From NCBI RefSeq assembly GCF_004361915.1, contig NZ_SNWP01000010.1, forward strand, positions 1,016,050-1,080,049: DNA of 64,000 nt, read 5' to 3'. The notes under the pieces were generated by a model. It worked only from the letters and a program-made list of their open reading frames with translations, made no database searches and had not been told where the DNA came from. Below, piece by piece: positions 19,670 to 29,709 of this stretch. A program made the translations under genes and the position numbers. Numbering within the stretch: position 1 is the stretch's first letter; each line of letters opens with the position of its first letter. This stretch comes from Sediminibacterium goheungense. Lineage in GTDB: Bacteria > Bacteroidota > Bacteroidia > Chitinophagales > Chitinophagaceae.

Positions 19670-20458
19670 ATGCAAAAAGTATTTCTTTTTTTATTTCTTT
19701 TTTTGCTTCAGATCATTGCTCTTGAAAAAGCAAGCGCAGGTACTGTTGTAGATGCTGATGAAAACAGGCTCACAAAAGCATCACAATCTTTTTTACTGGC
19801 CGTTAAAAAAAGAGAGCCGGTTGATTCCTTCCTCCTGTTTTTCCAAAAAATCACACCTGCTGAACTGATGGCAGAATTAAATACAGATAACAGAAAAAAA
19901 ACATTCTGGTTAAATATCTACAACGCTTATACTCAATTATGGCTGTCTGAAAACCCTGCGCAATACAAAAAAAGAAGCCAGTTCTTCGGAAATAAACGCA
20001 TTGCTATTGCCGGTGAACGGTTAAGTCTCGATAGAATAGAACATGGACTGCTTCGCAGATCAAAAACCAAATGGAGCATGGGTTATGTGAATCGGTTGTT
20101 CCCCTCCGGCTTTGAAAAAAACAATCGGGTAGATACTGTAGATTACCGCATTCATTTTGCCTTGAATTGTGGTGCAAAAAGTTGCCCGCCGATTGCTTTT
20201 TACCGGGCCGAGCAATTAGACAAACAATTAGACCTTGCCACCAGGGTATACCTGAAGAGTGAAGCAGATTATGATACCACAAAAAACCAGATTGCACTAC
20301 CAGCCATTATGGGTTGGTTCAGGGCTGATTTTGGCGGCAAAAAAAATATGAAACAACTATTAAAGAAAACGGGTGTTATCCCTATGGAAGCCGCACCTTC
20401 TATCTCGTTTAAAAAATATGACTGGAATCTATATTTAGATAACTACAAAACCGAATAA
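19670..20458 (+). CDS. DUF547 domain protein (secreted)
   Basis: 262 aa with signal peptide. DUF547-like conserved HFALNCGAKSCP segment. Confidence 0.6.
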   Translation: MQKVFLFLFLFLLQIIALEKASAGTVVDADENRLTKASQSFLLAVKKREPVDSFLLFFQKITPAELMAELNTDNRKKTFWLNIYNAYTQLWLSENPAQYKKRSQFFGNKRIAIAGERLSLDRIEHGLLRRSKTKWSMGYVNRLFPSGFEKNNRVDTVDYRIHFALNCGAKSCPPIAFYRAEQLDKQLDLATRVYLKSEADYDTTKNQIALPAIMGWFRADFGGKKNMKQLLKKTGVIPMEAAPSISFKKYDWNLYLDNYKTE

Positions 20459-20459
20459 T

Positions 20460-20795
20460 ATGGCTAACCATTATTACAACGCAGAAGATTTGGGAAAATT
20501 TGCCGCTGTTGGCGAATACCAGAAAGAAATGGCAGATAAATTTTTTGCCTGGTATGGTGAAGTATTCAAAGACAGTGCGCTCAGCGCCCGTGAAAAATCA
20601 TTGATTGCACTGGCTGTATCACATGCCGTACAATGCCCTTATTGCATTGACGCCTATAGTGGAGATGCTTTTGAAAAAGGATGGAGTGAAGCACAGATGA
20701 TGGAAGCCGTTCATGTAGCTTCTGCCATTAAAGGAGGTGCTGCATTGGTACATGGTGTTCAAATGATGAATAAAGTGAAAGCTATATCCATGTAA
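20460..20795 (+). CDS. AhpD-like (carboxymuconolactone decarboxylase family) arsenosugar-biosynthesis-associated peroxidase-like protein
   Basis: 111 aa with CxxC-containing AhpD-like core (HAVQCPYCIDAYS). Immediately precedes arsS. Confidence 0.65.
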   Translation: MANHYYNAEDLGKFAAVGEYQKEMADKFFAWYGEVFKDSALSAREKSLIALAVSHAVQCPYCIDAYSGDAFEKGWSEAQMMEAVHVASAIKGGAALVHGVQMMNKVKAISM

Positions 20796-20824
20796 AAGAT
20801 TGCTCAAACCTATAAGGCCCAAAG

Positions 20825-21865
20825 ATGAAATCATTAAAAGCATTACAACATGCACTCGCCGATGCGGGTCATCAGATTGATATCCTGGAACAGGAAAAAA
20901 ATCTGCCCGCATTTTCAGCTAGCATGAAAACGGCAGGTTTGTTCCCTTTACTACCTACAGAACCTACCATCTTTCAGGTGAATATCGGGAAAATGTGTAA
21001 CCAGGTTTGTAAGCATTGCCATGTAGATGCCGGTCCCGACAGGAAAGAGATCATGACCCCCGCAACCATGCAGCTCTGTTTAGATGTACTGAAACAGCAA
21101 GCTTCATTTACCACAGTTGATATTACCGGAGGAGCTCCGGAAATGAACCCTGATTTCAGATGGTTTGTTCAGGAAATTAAAAAGCTGCATAAACATATCA
21201 TTGTTCGCTGTAACCTTACCATTATTCTGGCCAATAAAAAATACCATGACCTGCCACAATTTTTTAAGGATAACAGTATTGAAGTGGTTTCATCACTTCC
21301 TTTTTACACACAGGATCGTACAGACAGACAAAGAGGCAATGGCGTTTTTGAAGATTCTATCAAGGCCTTACAAATGCTCAATGAAGTCGGTTATGGAATA
21401 GATGGTAGTGGGTTATTATTGAACCTTGTATACAACCCTGCAGGTGCTTTTCTGCCCCCTGCACAAACAGCACTGGAAAAAGAATACAAGGAAGCTTTAC
21501 TAAACAGGTATAATATACAGTTCAATAATCTGTATGTAATAACGAATATGCCCATCAGCCGCTACCTTGACTATTTACTGGTGAGTGGCAACTATGAAAC
21601 CTATATGCAAAAACTCGTACAGGCATTTAACCCATCTGCTGCTGCCAATGTTATGTGCCGGAATACATTATCAGTGGGATGGGATGGCTACCTCTACGAC
21701 TGCGACTTCAATCAGATGTTGGACCTTAAAGTAGCCTGTAAAGAATCGAACCATCTCTCAAACTATGTACATGAGGCCATTCGAAGCCGTGAAATCATTT
21801 TAAATCAACATTGCTATGGCTGTACTGCCGGCTCAGGATCGAGTTGTGGTGGAGCTGTAGCCTAA
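20825..21865 (+). CDS. arsS: Arsenosugar-biosynthesis radical SAM protein ArsS
   Basis: CxxxCxxC radical-SAM motif (CNQVCKHCH). Cys-rich C-terminal tail (CYGCTAGSGSSCGG). Clustered with arsM and TIGR04282/04283-type GTs. Confidence 0.75.
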   Translation: MKSLKALQHALADAGHQIDILEQEKNLPAFSASMKTAGLFPLLPTEPTIFQVNIGKMCNQVCKHCHVDAGPDRKEIMTPATMQLCLDVLKQQASFTTVDITGGAPEMNPDFRWFVQEIKKLHKHIIVRCNLTIILANKKYHDLPQFFKDNSIEVVSSLPFYTQDRTDRQRGNGVFEDSIKALQMLNEVGYGIDGSGLLLNLVYNPAGAFLPPAQTALEKEYKEALLNRYNIQFNNLYVITNMPISRYLDYLLVSGNYETYMQKLVQAFNPSAAANVMCRNTLSVGWDGYLYDCDFNQMLDLKVACKESNHLSNYVHEAIRSREIILNQHCYGCTAGSGSSCGGAVA

Positions 21866-21874
21866 ATCCTTTGT

Positions 21875-22471
21875 TTGGAAAAAGCACTCATCATATTTGC
21901 GAGAAATCCTGTTTTAGGAAAAGTAAAGACCAGACTTGCCGCTACAATCGGCAATGAAAAAGCATTAGCTATTTACAAAACCTTACTCGCTTATACAGCT
22001 GATATATGCAGCAAACTTGCTTGCAACAGGTTTGTATTTTATGTAGACGGTGTTTCAAAAAAAGATAGCTGGAATGATGATTTGTTTGTAAAGTATCAAC
22101 AGCAAGGTGAAGATCTCGGTGAAAGAATGCAGCAGGCTTTTGAACTACTCTTCCAACAGGGCTATAAAAAAGTATTGATCATTGGCACTGACTGTTTTGA
22201 ACTCAATACCGCTATCATTGAACAGGCTTTTGAATCGCTGGAGCATTACAATGCCGTAATCGGACCTTCTGCAGATGGCGGCTATTATTTACTGGGCACA
22301 ACGATGTTTTACCCTTTTTTATTCGATAATAAACCCTGGAGCACTGATGAAGTTTTCGTTGCAACAACAAATGATTTATCAGCAAATCATATCTCCTATT
22401 TTACGCTTCCGGTTTTACATGATATAGATACCGAAGCAGACTGGAACCAATACAAGAGCAAAACCCATTAA
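21875..22471 (+). CDS. DUF2064/TIGR04282-type arsenosugar-biosynthesis glycosyltransferase
   Basis: N-terminus MEKALIIFARNPVLGKVKTRLA is typical of DUF2064. GT-A-like fold. Confidence 0.7.
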   Translation: MEKALIIFARNPVLGKVKTRLAATIGNEKALAIYKTLLAYTADICSKLACNRFVFYVDGVSKKDSWNDDLFVKYQQQGEDLGERMQQAFELLFQQGYKKVLIIGTDCFELNTAIIEQAFESLEHYNAVIGPSADGGYYLLGTTMFYPFLFDNKPWSTDEVFVATTNDLSANHISYFTLPVLHDIDTEADWNQYKSKTH

Positions 22472-22481
22472 AAGATTCATT

Positions 22482-23453
22482 ATGGCCAACTACCTCGAAA
22501 CCACTTATGATGTTTATAAAGAAGCGGCAGAAAATCCACAAAAGGGTTTGTGCTGTACTACCACACCTGTATGGCAATTACCTGGCCTTTCTATTCCACA
22601 GAAAATGCTGGAAATGAATTATGGCTGTGGCAGTACTGTAAATGCCAGGGACCTGGTGAATCATCCTACAATATTGTATGTTGGTATTGGCGGAGGTATG
22701 GAACTATTACAGTTTGCTTATTTCAGCAGAAGGAATAAAGGAGTGATTGGTGTAGACATAGTAGATGAAATGATCGGTGTATGTAAGGAGAATATGCTGG
22801 AAGCAGCGCAACAAAACCCCTGGTTCAGCACTGAATTTGTAGATATCCGAAAAGGCAGTGCATTGAGTTTGCCAATCGATGATAATAGTATTGATGTTGC
22901 TGCGCAGAACTGCCTGTTCAATATTTTTGAGGAAACAGAACTGAAACAGGCACTTACCGAAATGTATCGGGTACTAAAACCCAGAGGCAGGCTTGTATTG
23001 AGTGATCCTACCTGTGAGCAGCCTATGCCCGAAGGATTAAAACAGGATGCCCGTTTACGTGCATTATGTTTAAGCGGTGCCCTTCCGCTTCAGGAATATG
23101 TGAACATGATTACCTCCATTGGTTTTGGCACTGTAGAGATCCGCGCCAAAAGACCTTACCGCATACTTGATCCGGAACATTATCAAACAGATGAGCTGAT
23201 CTATATTGAGAGTGTAGAAGTTTGTGCCATCAAAGATCCGATGCCGGCCGATGGTCCTTGTGTATTTACCGGCAAAACAGCTATTTATTATGGTGGAGAG
23301 GAATATTTTGATGATGAGAAAGGTCATGTGCTTTTACAGAACCAGCCACTGGCCGTTTGCGACAAAACAGCTGCTGCCTTATATAACCTAGGTAGAAAAG
23401 ATATTTTTATTTCGCCTTCTACTTTCTTTTACGATGGAGGAGGTTGTTGCTGA
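22482..23453 (+). CDS. arsM: Arsenite S-adenosylmethionine methyltransferase ArsM-like
   Basis: Class I SAM-methyltransferase motif (LYVGIGGGMEL). Conserved Cys pairs (CC at N-terminus, GGGCC at C-terminus). Cluster context. Confidence 0.7.
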   Translation: MANYLETTYDVYKEAAENPQKGLCCTTTPVWQLPGLSIPQKMLEMNYGCGSTVNARDLVNHPTILYVGIGGGMELLQFAYFSRRNKGVIGVDIVDEMIGVCKENMLEAAQQNPWFSTEFVDIRKGSALSLPIDDNSIDVAAQNCLFNIFEETELKQALTEMYRVLKPRGRLVLSDPTCEQPMPEGLKQDARLRALCLSGALPLQEYVNMITSIGFGTVEIRAKRPYRILDPEHYQTDELIYIESVEVCAIKDPMPADGPCVFTGKTAIYYGGEEYFDDEKGHVLLQNQPLAVCDKTAAALYNLGRKDIFISPSTFFYDGGGCC

Positions 23454-23466
23454 TAGCTAAAATACT

Positions 23467-24510
23467 TTATTTCACTTTGTTCCATCCCAGCATAGATACC
23501 ATCCAGTTGGGGAGTGGTTTATGGGTACGACGTTTGTTAAGCTGAAGATACCAGCCTAGCTTTTTTACTAAAGGTACTTTGTGTGTCTGCACAAGTTCAA
23601 TTAAAGTACCGTCCGGATCCTCAACATAACAAAAACGCCCTGCTGCATCTTGCATAGAAAAACCCGATGCGCTGTCAACCGTAAATACATATCCATTTTC
23701 TTTCATCACCTTTTTAAGTGCATCCATATCCAGTACATCAAAACAAATATGAATGAAGCCACAATCACCCCAATATCTGTCGTGAAAGAGATGCTGAGGT
23801 CGTTCATCCATCAGTTGTATCAGTTCTATATCAGTATTACCAAGCAAGCGGGTAAATGCACCTTTTTCCAACATGGTTTTACGCAGCAAAACCCTTCTCC
23901 GACTGATTCGAAAGCCATTTATTTCATTCGTTTCTATAATGTCGTATACAAGTTTTGCTGTTCCGAGCAGGAGTTGATAAAATGATATGGATTTTTCCAT
24001 ATCCGTAACACCTATAATCGCTCCTGTAACACCTCCGAAACAATGGGTATTTTTTTGGAACCAGTCATAAGCTTCAATCAGCTGAAAACAATTTCCGTAT
24101 CCGTCTATTACTTCAAAGAACTTTTTGTTATCGGGATCTGACTGGATCTGTGTAATGACTAAATCCTTATATTGTTTAAGATAGATATAAGCCGTATCTG
24201 TACAATGCACTTTCATCTTTACGGCATTGATACCAGGTGCGCCCCTGGTAAAATCATTTTTCTGTGGTGTAGCCGCCCTGCTGAGGAACTGCCATATTTC
24301 AAATCCACCACCACCATTCATATTCATGGTGAGGAGGGCCCTTCTCGTATAAATTTGATTTCCTGTATACGCTGTCATCAAACCTGCGGGTGCCCTGTCA
24401 TCAAAAACAAGCGCATTCATGCCAAATAGATCACGGTACAGGTATTTAGCATCCTCTGCATCTGTAACACCAATGCCCACTTGCTGAATGCCAGTTGTGT
24501 ATGAAAACAT
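23467..24510 (-). CDS. VOC (glyoxalase/bleomycin-resistance/dioxygenase) family protein, multi-domain
   Basis: 347 aa with repeated VOC-like beta-alpha-beta-beta-beta modules. Confidence 0.5.
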   Translation of the reverse strand: MFSYTTGIQQVGIGVTDAEDAKYLYRDLFGMNALVFDDRAPAGLMTAYTGNQIYTRRALLTMNMNGGGGFEIWQFLSRAATPQKNDFTRGAPGINAVKMKVHCTDTAYIYLKQYKDLVITQIQSDPDNKKFFEVIDGYGNCFQLIEAYDWFQKNTHCFGGVTGAIIGVTDMEKSISFYQLLLGTAKLVYDIIETNEINGFRISRRRVLLRKTMLEKGAFTRLLGNTDIELIQLMDERPQHLFHDRYWGDCGFIHICFDVLDMDALKKVMKENGYVFTVDSASGFSMQDAAGRFCYVEDPDGTLIELVQTHKVPLVKKLGWYLQLNKRRTHKPLPNWMVSMLGWNKVK

Positions 24511-24558
24511 GTAAGATTTTATGAAATATACGGTAACCCTGAGTAAAAAGATGATTAA

Positions 24559-25257
24559 TCATCGGTACTGAAGTAAGCTTTTATAGGTATTCACCATCTC
24601 ATCCTGACCGGCTCCTTTCTTATACATCCTGATAATGGTAGAATTGGCCCACTGTACCTGTATCCAGCTATTTGTTTCGTATTTGCGTGCCGATACCAAT
24701 GCTGCTTTTTTAAAAATTTTATACCGGGCTTTCTGTTCTTTTGCCCTCACCACAATATCATAGTCTTCCATTATGCGCATCTGACTGTTAAAACCATCGA
24801 TCTTTTGAAAAAGCGCTTTCTGTATAAATAGTGTCTGATCGCCACCGTAACAGATAAAAAGATCTAAACGTGTAAACCAGGCATTAAATAGTAATATTTT
24901 CTTTGGCGAATCAAATTTTGTTCGGTATCTGCCAAAAGCATATCCGGCATCAACTGCTTCCTGAATATCTCTTGCAAAAGAAACAGGAGGAAAGGTATCG
25001 GCATGAACAAAATAAAAAATATCGCCACTGGCCTGTGCTGCGCCGCTATTCATCTGACCCGCCCTTCCTTTTACAAGAGAAATAACAACCACTGCACCCG
25101 CTTCTTTCGCAAGCAGTACTGTATTGTCTGTACTTCCACCATCCGATACAATGATTTCTTTTATATAGGACCCTCCATGATCCATCAGAAAACGAATCAG
25201 CTCGCGGATATTCCCGGATTCATTCAGTGTTGGAATAATGATACTGATGGAGTGCAT
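24559..25257 (-). CDS. Family-2 glycosyltransferase (TIGR04283-type arsenosugar-biosynthesis GT)
   Basis: N-terminus ISIIIPTLNESGNI. DxD-type GT-A core (VSDGGSTDNT). Confidence 0.7.
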   Translation of the reverse strand: MHSISIIIPTLNESGNIRELIRFLMDHGGSYIKEIIVSDGGSTDNTVLLAKEAGAVVVISLVKGRAGQMNSGAAQASGDIFYFVHADTFPPVSFARDIQEAVDAGYAFGRYRTKFDSPKKILLFNAWFTRLDLFICYGGDQTLFIQKALFQKIDGFNSQMRIMEDYDIVVRAKEQKARYKIFKKAALVSARKYETNSWIQVQWANSTIIRMYKKGAGQDEMVNTYKSLLQYR

Positions 25258-25365
25258 GGTTAATACAATTTAAATTCGCTTTACATAGATACGACAGTTA
25301 TGTATTTTACGGATGACTAACTTAAAGAAATCAAGATCTTGCAAAACTGATTTCGCAATAATGGT

Positions 25366-25406
25366 ACCCAAATAAAGAGCGGCCTCATTACTGAAGCCGC
25401 CCTTTC
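25366..25406 (-). terminator. Terminator hairpin after the DUF4097 / ECF operon
   Basis: AAAGAGCGGC-loop-GCCGCCCTTT stem. T-tract on the minus strand. Confidence 0.5.
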
Positions 25407-25470
25407 AGACTATCCTTCACGATTAACAGTTCCGGATAACCGATGCACATGAGAACCTATTGGGGGTAAT

Positions 25471-26295
25471 TTATTGTTTCGTTTTTCGGATCACCAGATC
25501 GCCACTCCAGCTCTTAATCATCATTTCTGCACCACCACCATTGATCTTACCGGAAACCCAGCTGTCTTTAATGATTTTATACACGCCGCCATTATTGGTT
25601 TTTTGAGCAGGTCCACTCCCTTTTTCTACGGCCACTTCAAAATCACTGTAAATTTCTCCCTGATCTGTTTTCATTTTCAGGTTGGCCTTGGTGGAAGCAG
25701 GGAAACTGATATTTACATCGCCATTGAAGGTGGAGAATGCCATGGGTTTACCATCTGTTACACTGTTGAAATCAACATTAATATCACCATTCGTAGTAGT
25801 AGCTACAGCAGAACCTGTAATACCGGAAAGTTTGATATCGCCATTGATATTACTGATCTCCAATTCACCTTTTACATTGGTAACCGTAATATCGCCCTGG
25901 TTAACTGTTCTCAATACCAGCGTACCGTTTTGCGGAACTTTTAATTCTATATCTACTTTGCGCGATATACTGCCATTACTTACCGATACTTCATTGTTTT
26001 TTTCTGCGGCCCTTACTTCAAAACCGCTGGCTCCTCCTATTCTTTTCAGACCATCTTTCGATTTATCTTTTGCCTTGGACGAACGGTCTTCTTCTGCCTC
26101 AACAGACACCAGAATATTATCTGCTGCATGACCGGTTACTTTGATGGAACCCGTAATCAGTTCTACCCTCAGCTTATAAGGTTTACCCGGACTGCTTAAC
26201 GCTACGGTTAACTGTTCTTTATCGCCCGACTGTGCCAGCATCCCTGTAGTTATACAGATGAATGCAAGTACCATGATATATTTTATCTGTTTCAT
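25471..26295 (-). CDS. DUF4097 beta-strand-repeat (putative adhesin-like) protein
   Basis: Signal peptide. Repeated GDI.V...G....... NG-type beta-helix strands. Paralog of the adjacent gene. Confidence 0.6.
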   Translation of the reverse strand: MKQIKYIMVLAFICITTGMLAQSGDKEQLTVALSSPGKPYKLRVELITGSIKVTGHAADNILVSVEAEEDRSSKAKDKSKDGLKRIGGASGFEVRAAEKNNEVSVSNGSISRKVDIELKVPQNGTLVLRTVNQGDITVTNVKGELEISNINGDIKLSGITGSAVATTTNGDINVDFNSVTDGKPMAFSTFNGDVNISFPASTKANLKMKTDQGEIYSDFEVAVEKGSGPAQKTNNGGVYKIIKDSWVSGKINGGGAEMMIKSWSGDLVIRKTKQ

Positions 26296-26305
26296 ATTCT
26301 TTGTT

Positions 26306-27169
26306 TTATGATTTTTTGATATAAACGTTTCCGTTCAGTGTTTCAAAATGAAATTGTTTGCCGCCATTGCCAATCTTTACGCCGGCATTTTTTACAATTT
26401 TATAAACCGTTCCTTTGTCGTTTTTTTCTCCGTTTTTCACCAGTGTATTACTGATGGGTTCTGCATTATCGAAATCGGTATAGTAACTACCATTCATACT
26501 TTTGAAAAACAGTTCAGCATCGAGATTGGTTTTGTAATACACCGTAATATCGCCATTAATGGTATGATAAGTAGAAGCTGCCGGTGGATTTGCTGCATAG
26601 CTTACATTCAACTTACCATTCACCGTTGTGGCTTTTGTAATACCTTTTGCATTTTCAATGTCAATGGAACCGTTTACATTACTTACAAACAGGTTACCAA
26701 ATACATTACTCACCTGGATATTTCCATCATTTACAGTCGACACGCGTAAACGAATACCCTGCGGTACTTTTACCACCAGGTCAAGGTAATATTTATAGCG
26801 TATATTTCTACGGTCCTCATTCCTGTCCCAGCTTCGCCGGGGTCTGGAATCATTGGGTGCGGCTACATATAATACTATACTGTCTTGTAACTGCTCTATT
26901 TCAAATTTAAATTCTTCTTTCCCTTTATCCACTTCATCCTGCGATTTAGCGGTTATTTTCTTATCAATTTCCAGCAGTACTTTATCGCCATCATAGCCCT
27001 CTACTTTAATAGAGCCAAATATATTGTATACCGCCAGTACAGCTTCTGTATTCTTTGCATTCACTGTAAACTGTTTCGATACATGTTCCTTGAACTCCTG
27101 CGCGGGCAGGTCAGTGCAGGCGCATAGAGATACTGTTCCTGCCAGCAGCAGGTGATAGATCTTTTTCAT
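26306..27169 (-). CDS. DUF4097 beta-strand-repeat protein (lipoprotein)
   Basis: Lipoprotein signal (SLCACTD). Same repeat architecture as 25471-26295. Confidence 0.6.
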   Translation of the reverse strand: MKKIYHLLLAGTVSLCACTDLPAQEFKEHVSKQFTVNAKNTEAVLAVYNIFGSIKVEGYDGDKVLLEIDKKITAKSQDEVDKGKEEFKFEIEQLQDSIVLYVAAPNDSRPRRSWDRNEDRRNIRYKYYLDLVVKVPQGIRLRVSTVNDGNIQVSNVFGNLFVSNVNGSIDIENAKGITKATTVNGKLNVSYAANPPAASTYHTINGDITVYYKTNLDAELFFKSMNGSYYTDFDNAEPISNTLVKNGEKNDKGTVYKIVKNAGVKIGNGGKQFHFETLNGNVYIKKS

Positions 27170-27193
27170 GTTTTGGGGGTTTTATGAAATGAA

Positions 27194-28003
27194 TTAACTC
27201 AGTTGGTGTATGGTCTGTTTAATCTTGTCTTTAATGGCTTCATTGGTTTCAGGCTTCTTCAGCAACTGCTGCAGGGAGCGAACCGATTTTTTAGCCTGCA
27301 TTTTCAACATCAGGTCGGCCAATGCCGATTGTATCAGCGGAGAATCCTGGTGAACAATAGATTGAATAAGGCCCTCTCTTACTTTCGGATCAGCCGTCAT
27401 TTTTGATAAGGTTTCCAATGCTGTGAGACGAACATTGATATTCTCATCATTATTAAGTGTGGTAAGCAGCGCATCTTTTACACGCGCATCTACCGTATCA
27501 ATTTCTTCTACATAACTAACGGCCCTTAATCTTTCTGAAGCCGACGGATGTTCCAGTAAACTCAATGCCAGCATCTCGCGCATTTCTTTTACCTGGGCAG
27601 ATAATTGCTGCACATCATCTCCAGCTTTGTTGTTTGTGGTAAAGAAAAAAGTAGTAGCAATCACACCAATCAGCAACATAGCAAGTCCGTAACCAAATTT
27701 TGGCGTAACCATGCCGGCAACCAATGAACGCAACCGCTCTTTCCACATAGAGAAGCCATTGCTTTTCGACAACTGTTTTTGTTGATAGTTTTCCAGTTCT
27801 GCCATAAAGCGTTGCTTCATACCTGCAGGTACTTCCGGTTCGGGTAAGGCTGCGGTGATATTCCAGAAACCCATGATGTCATTCAGGGCAGCCTTACACT
27901 CTTCGCAGGATGCCACATGCTGGTTTACCGTTGCTTTTTCTGACTCACTAAGCTCATTCAGTGCCAGTGACCATAATTGCTCTTTATCAAATGCACAGTT
28001 CAT
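27194..28003 (-). CDS. Anti-sigma factor (zf-HC2) with TM helix and C-terminal HEAT-like repeats
   Basis: N-terminal HxxxCxxC zinc-finger (HVASCEECKAAL). Central hydrophobic helix. 4-nt overlap with the ECF sigma gene. Confidence 0.65.
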   Translation of the reverse strand: MNCAFDKEQLWSLALNELSESEKATVNQHVASCEECKAALNDIMGFWNITAALPEPEVPAGMKQRFMAELENYQQKQLSKSNGFSMWKERLRSLVAGMVTPKFGYGLAMLLIGVIATTFFFTTNNKAGDDVQQLSAQVKEMREMLALSLLEHPSASERLRAVSYVEEIDTVDARVKDALLTTLNNDENINVRLTALETLSKMTADPKVREGLIQSIVHQDSPLIQSALADLMLKMQAKKSVRSLQQLLKKPETNEAIKDKIKQTIHQLS

Positions 28004-28569
28004 GATAGAATGGTTTTATGGCTGAGTTGTAAATAGTTCTCCTTTAATTGTTTTACCGCACGATGGATCCTTACTTTAATAGCGCCTTCCGATAGATTCA
28101 TCAAGACAGCGATTTCTTGGTATTTCATTTCCTGATAGCGGGAAAGGATAATCAATTCTCTGTCTGTTTCATTAAGCAGTTCAAGTGCTTTTTTCAATAA
28201 TCGCTCTTCTTCCTTTCTGTGGATTTTATCATCTGCTTCTGCACTGTCTTTTAATTGACTGGTCACTTCATCTGCATCCACAAATCCGGCTGATCTTTTG
28301 TTTTTCCGGTAATGATCCTTGAGTGCGTTTCTGGCTATCGTGTACATCCAGGTTTCAAATTTGTGCGATCCCGTGAAAGTGGCCCTCGAACGGATCATAT
28401 TCATAAATACGGTCTGTACCAGATCCTCACTCTCGTTTTTCAAACCCGTATTATGGTAAAAAAAACCATATAGCGATCGATGGTGCCTGTCGAAAAGCAG
28501 TCCCATCTGATCCAGGTTACCTTCTTTTACCCTGAACATGAGTTGATTATCAATGGATTCGCTGGTCAA
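28000..28569 (-). CDS. ECF-type RNA polymerase sigma-70 factor
   Basis: Sigma-70 region 2 (DLVQTVFMNM…) and region 4 (ELIILSRYQEMKYQEIAVLMNLSEGAIKVRIHRA). Confidence 0.85.
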   Translation of the reverse strand: MTSESIDNQLMFRVKEGNLDQMGLLFDRHHRSLYGFFYHNTGLKNESEDLVQTVFMNMIRSRATFTGSHKFETWMYTIARNALKDHYRKNKRSAGFVDADEVTSQLKDSAEADDKIHRKEEERLLKKALELLNETDRELIILSRYQEMKYQEIAVLMNLSEGAIKVRIHRAVKQLKENYLQLSHKTILS

Positions 28570-28749
28570 TCTCGGGTTAGTTTTATTCGGTTTGAGATAT
28601 AAACTGCAGGAGAAAGGGAAAGTTACAGGATAATCGAATTTTTTTCACAGTCCCGCAACCGCTTAGATAGAATTTTTAAAACAAAAGAGAACAGCCATTG
28701 TCAGGTAATGGGTATGTTCTACAACACTGCACCTGATATGTACGTCAGG

Positions 28750-28953
28750 TTATGGATTATTTTTCTTCATAGCCCTGATCATTCTGTCTGTTCTTCTGTC
28801 TGCCCTGGCATTCTGTAAAGAAATAACGGCCCAGATAGCCGCAGGTATCCACCCGATCAAAGTGATTTGTAAAATGAGGCAGATGATACCTGTAAATATC
28901 CTGCCCCTTAATAAAAAAGAGAGAAAAGGAAAAAATATGGCAATGAGGGTCAT
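28750..28953 (-). CDS. YqaE/Pmp3 (UPF0057) family small membrane protein
   Basis: 67 aa with two TM helices and Pmp3-like motifs (FFPFLSFLLRG…IICLILQITLIGWIPAAIWAVI). Confidence 0.6.
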   Translation of the reverse strand: MTLIAIFFPFLSFLLRGRIFTGIICLILQITLIGWIPAAIWAVISLQNARADRRTDRMIRAMKKNNP

Positions 28954-29443
28954 GGCACAATATTCATTTAGTAAATTATATAGACAATTTCTACATAAAT
29001 GCTGATGTATACAAATATTGTTCTTTCAATTTGTCATTTGCCTTGTATAAACCAGTTGCGCCTGACTGTCTTGTATTGAAAAAATAAAGGAAGAAGTATT
29101 ATTGAATTAATCTGCAAATCGTTATTCAGCCATCCCGGCAGTATTCAAAAAGCTTTTTTATCAGTCCCAAATTCTGCATGCTGAAGTAAGGCTGGAAAAA
29201 TTTACTCTTAATAAATCTATCTCATTTTATTTTCTACTTATAACAATGTGCTGTTGGATTATTTTTTGGAAAAAGCGAAATAAAATTTTTTTAGTTCATA
29301 AAATAATACAACTTTGCAAACGAAATATTAAAACAATGCTACGCAAACAATCACATATTAATTCACAAAATGGCTTTGATGCTCGTGGGTATCATATGTT
29401 TTGCGGGGTCTTATAATTTGATTACAACAACCAATTATAGTAA

Positions 29444-29470
29444 AGCCCCGCTGATTGCGGGGTTTTTTAT
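29444..29470 (+). terminator. Rho-independent terminator in a gene-free AT-rich region
   Basis: CCCCGC-TGATT-GCGGGG followed by TTTTTTATT. Confidence 0.6.
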
Positions 29471-29631
29471 TGACCGATCATGAAAACATGTAAACACATA
29501 TTCGCTTTTGATACCATCAATCGCATGATGGCTACAGGGAGTACTATGCCTGTACAATATCAATTGCAAAAGCAAACCCGACCGTGGTATGGTGAACTGC
29601 TTGGCTGAATTAATTTCAGCAAGAAGGTATG

Positions 29632-29664
29632 ACCCGGTCTGGTAACAGGCCGGGTTTTTTATTT
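29632..29664 (+). terminator. Rho-independent terminator (second) in the same region
   Basis: ACCCGGTCT-GGTAAC-AGGCCGGGT followed by TTTTTTATTTAT. Confidence 0.65.
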
Positions 29665-29709
29665 ATAACATAAGGATTCAGTTAATAGAATCCTTCTAAA
29701 ACGAACTGT

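Noticed and set aside
21875-21880. Possible selenocysteine (in-frame TGA) in arsS, since some ArsS are selenoproteins
   Set aside because: The C-terminal redox motif here uses Cys (…SSCGGAVA*), and the ORF is uninterrupted. No in-frame TGA was seen.
28757-28960. Alternative-frame 67-aa ORF overlapping the Pmp3 gene
   Set aside because: The 28750-28953 frame gives a two-TM Pmp3-like protein. The alternative frame is Cys/His-rich with no membrane character.
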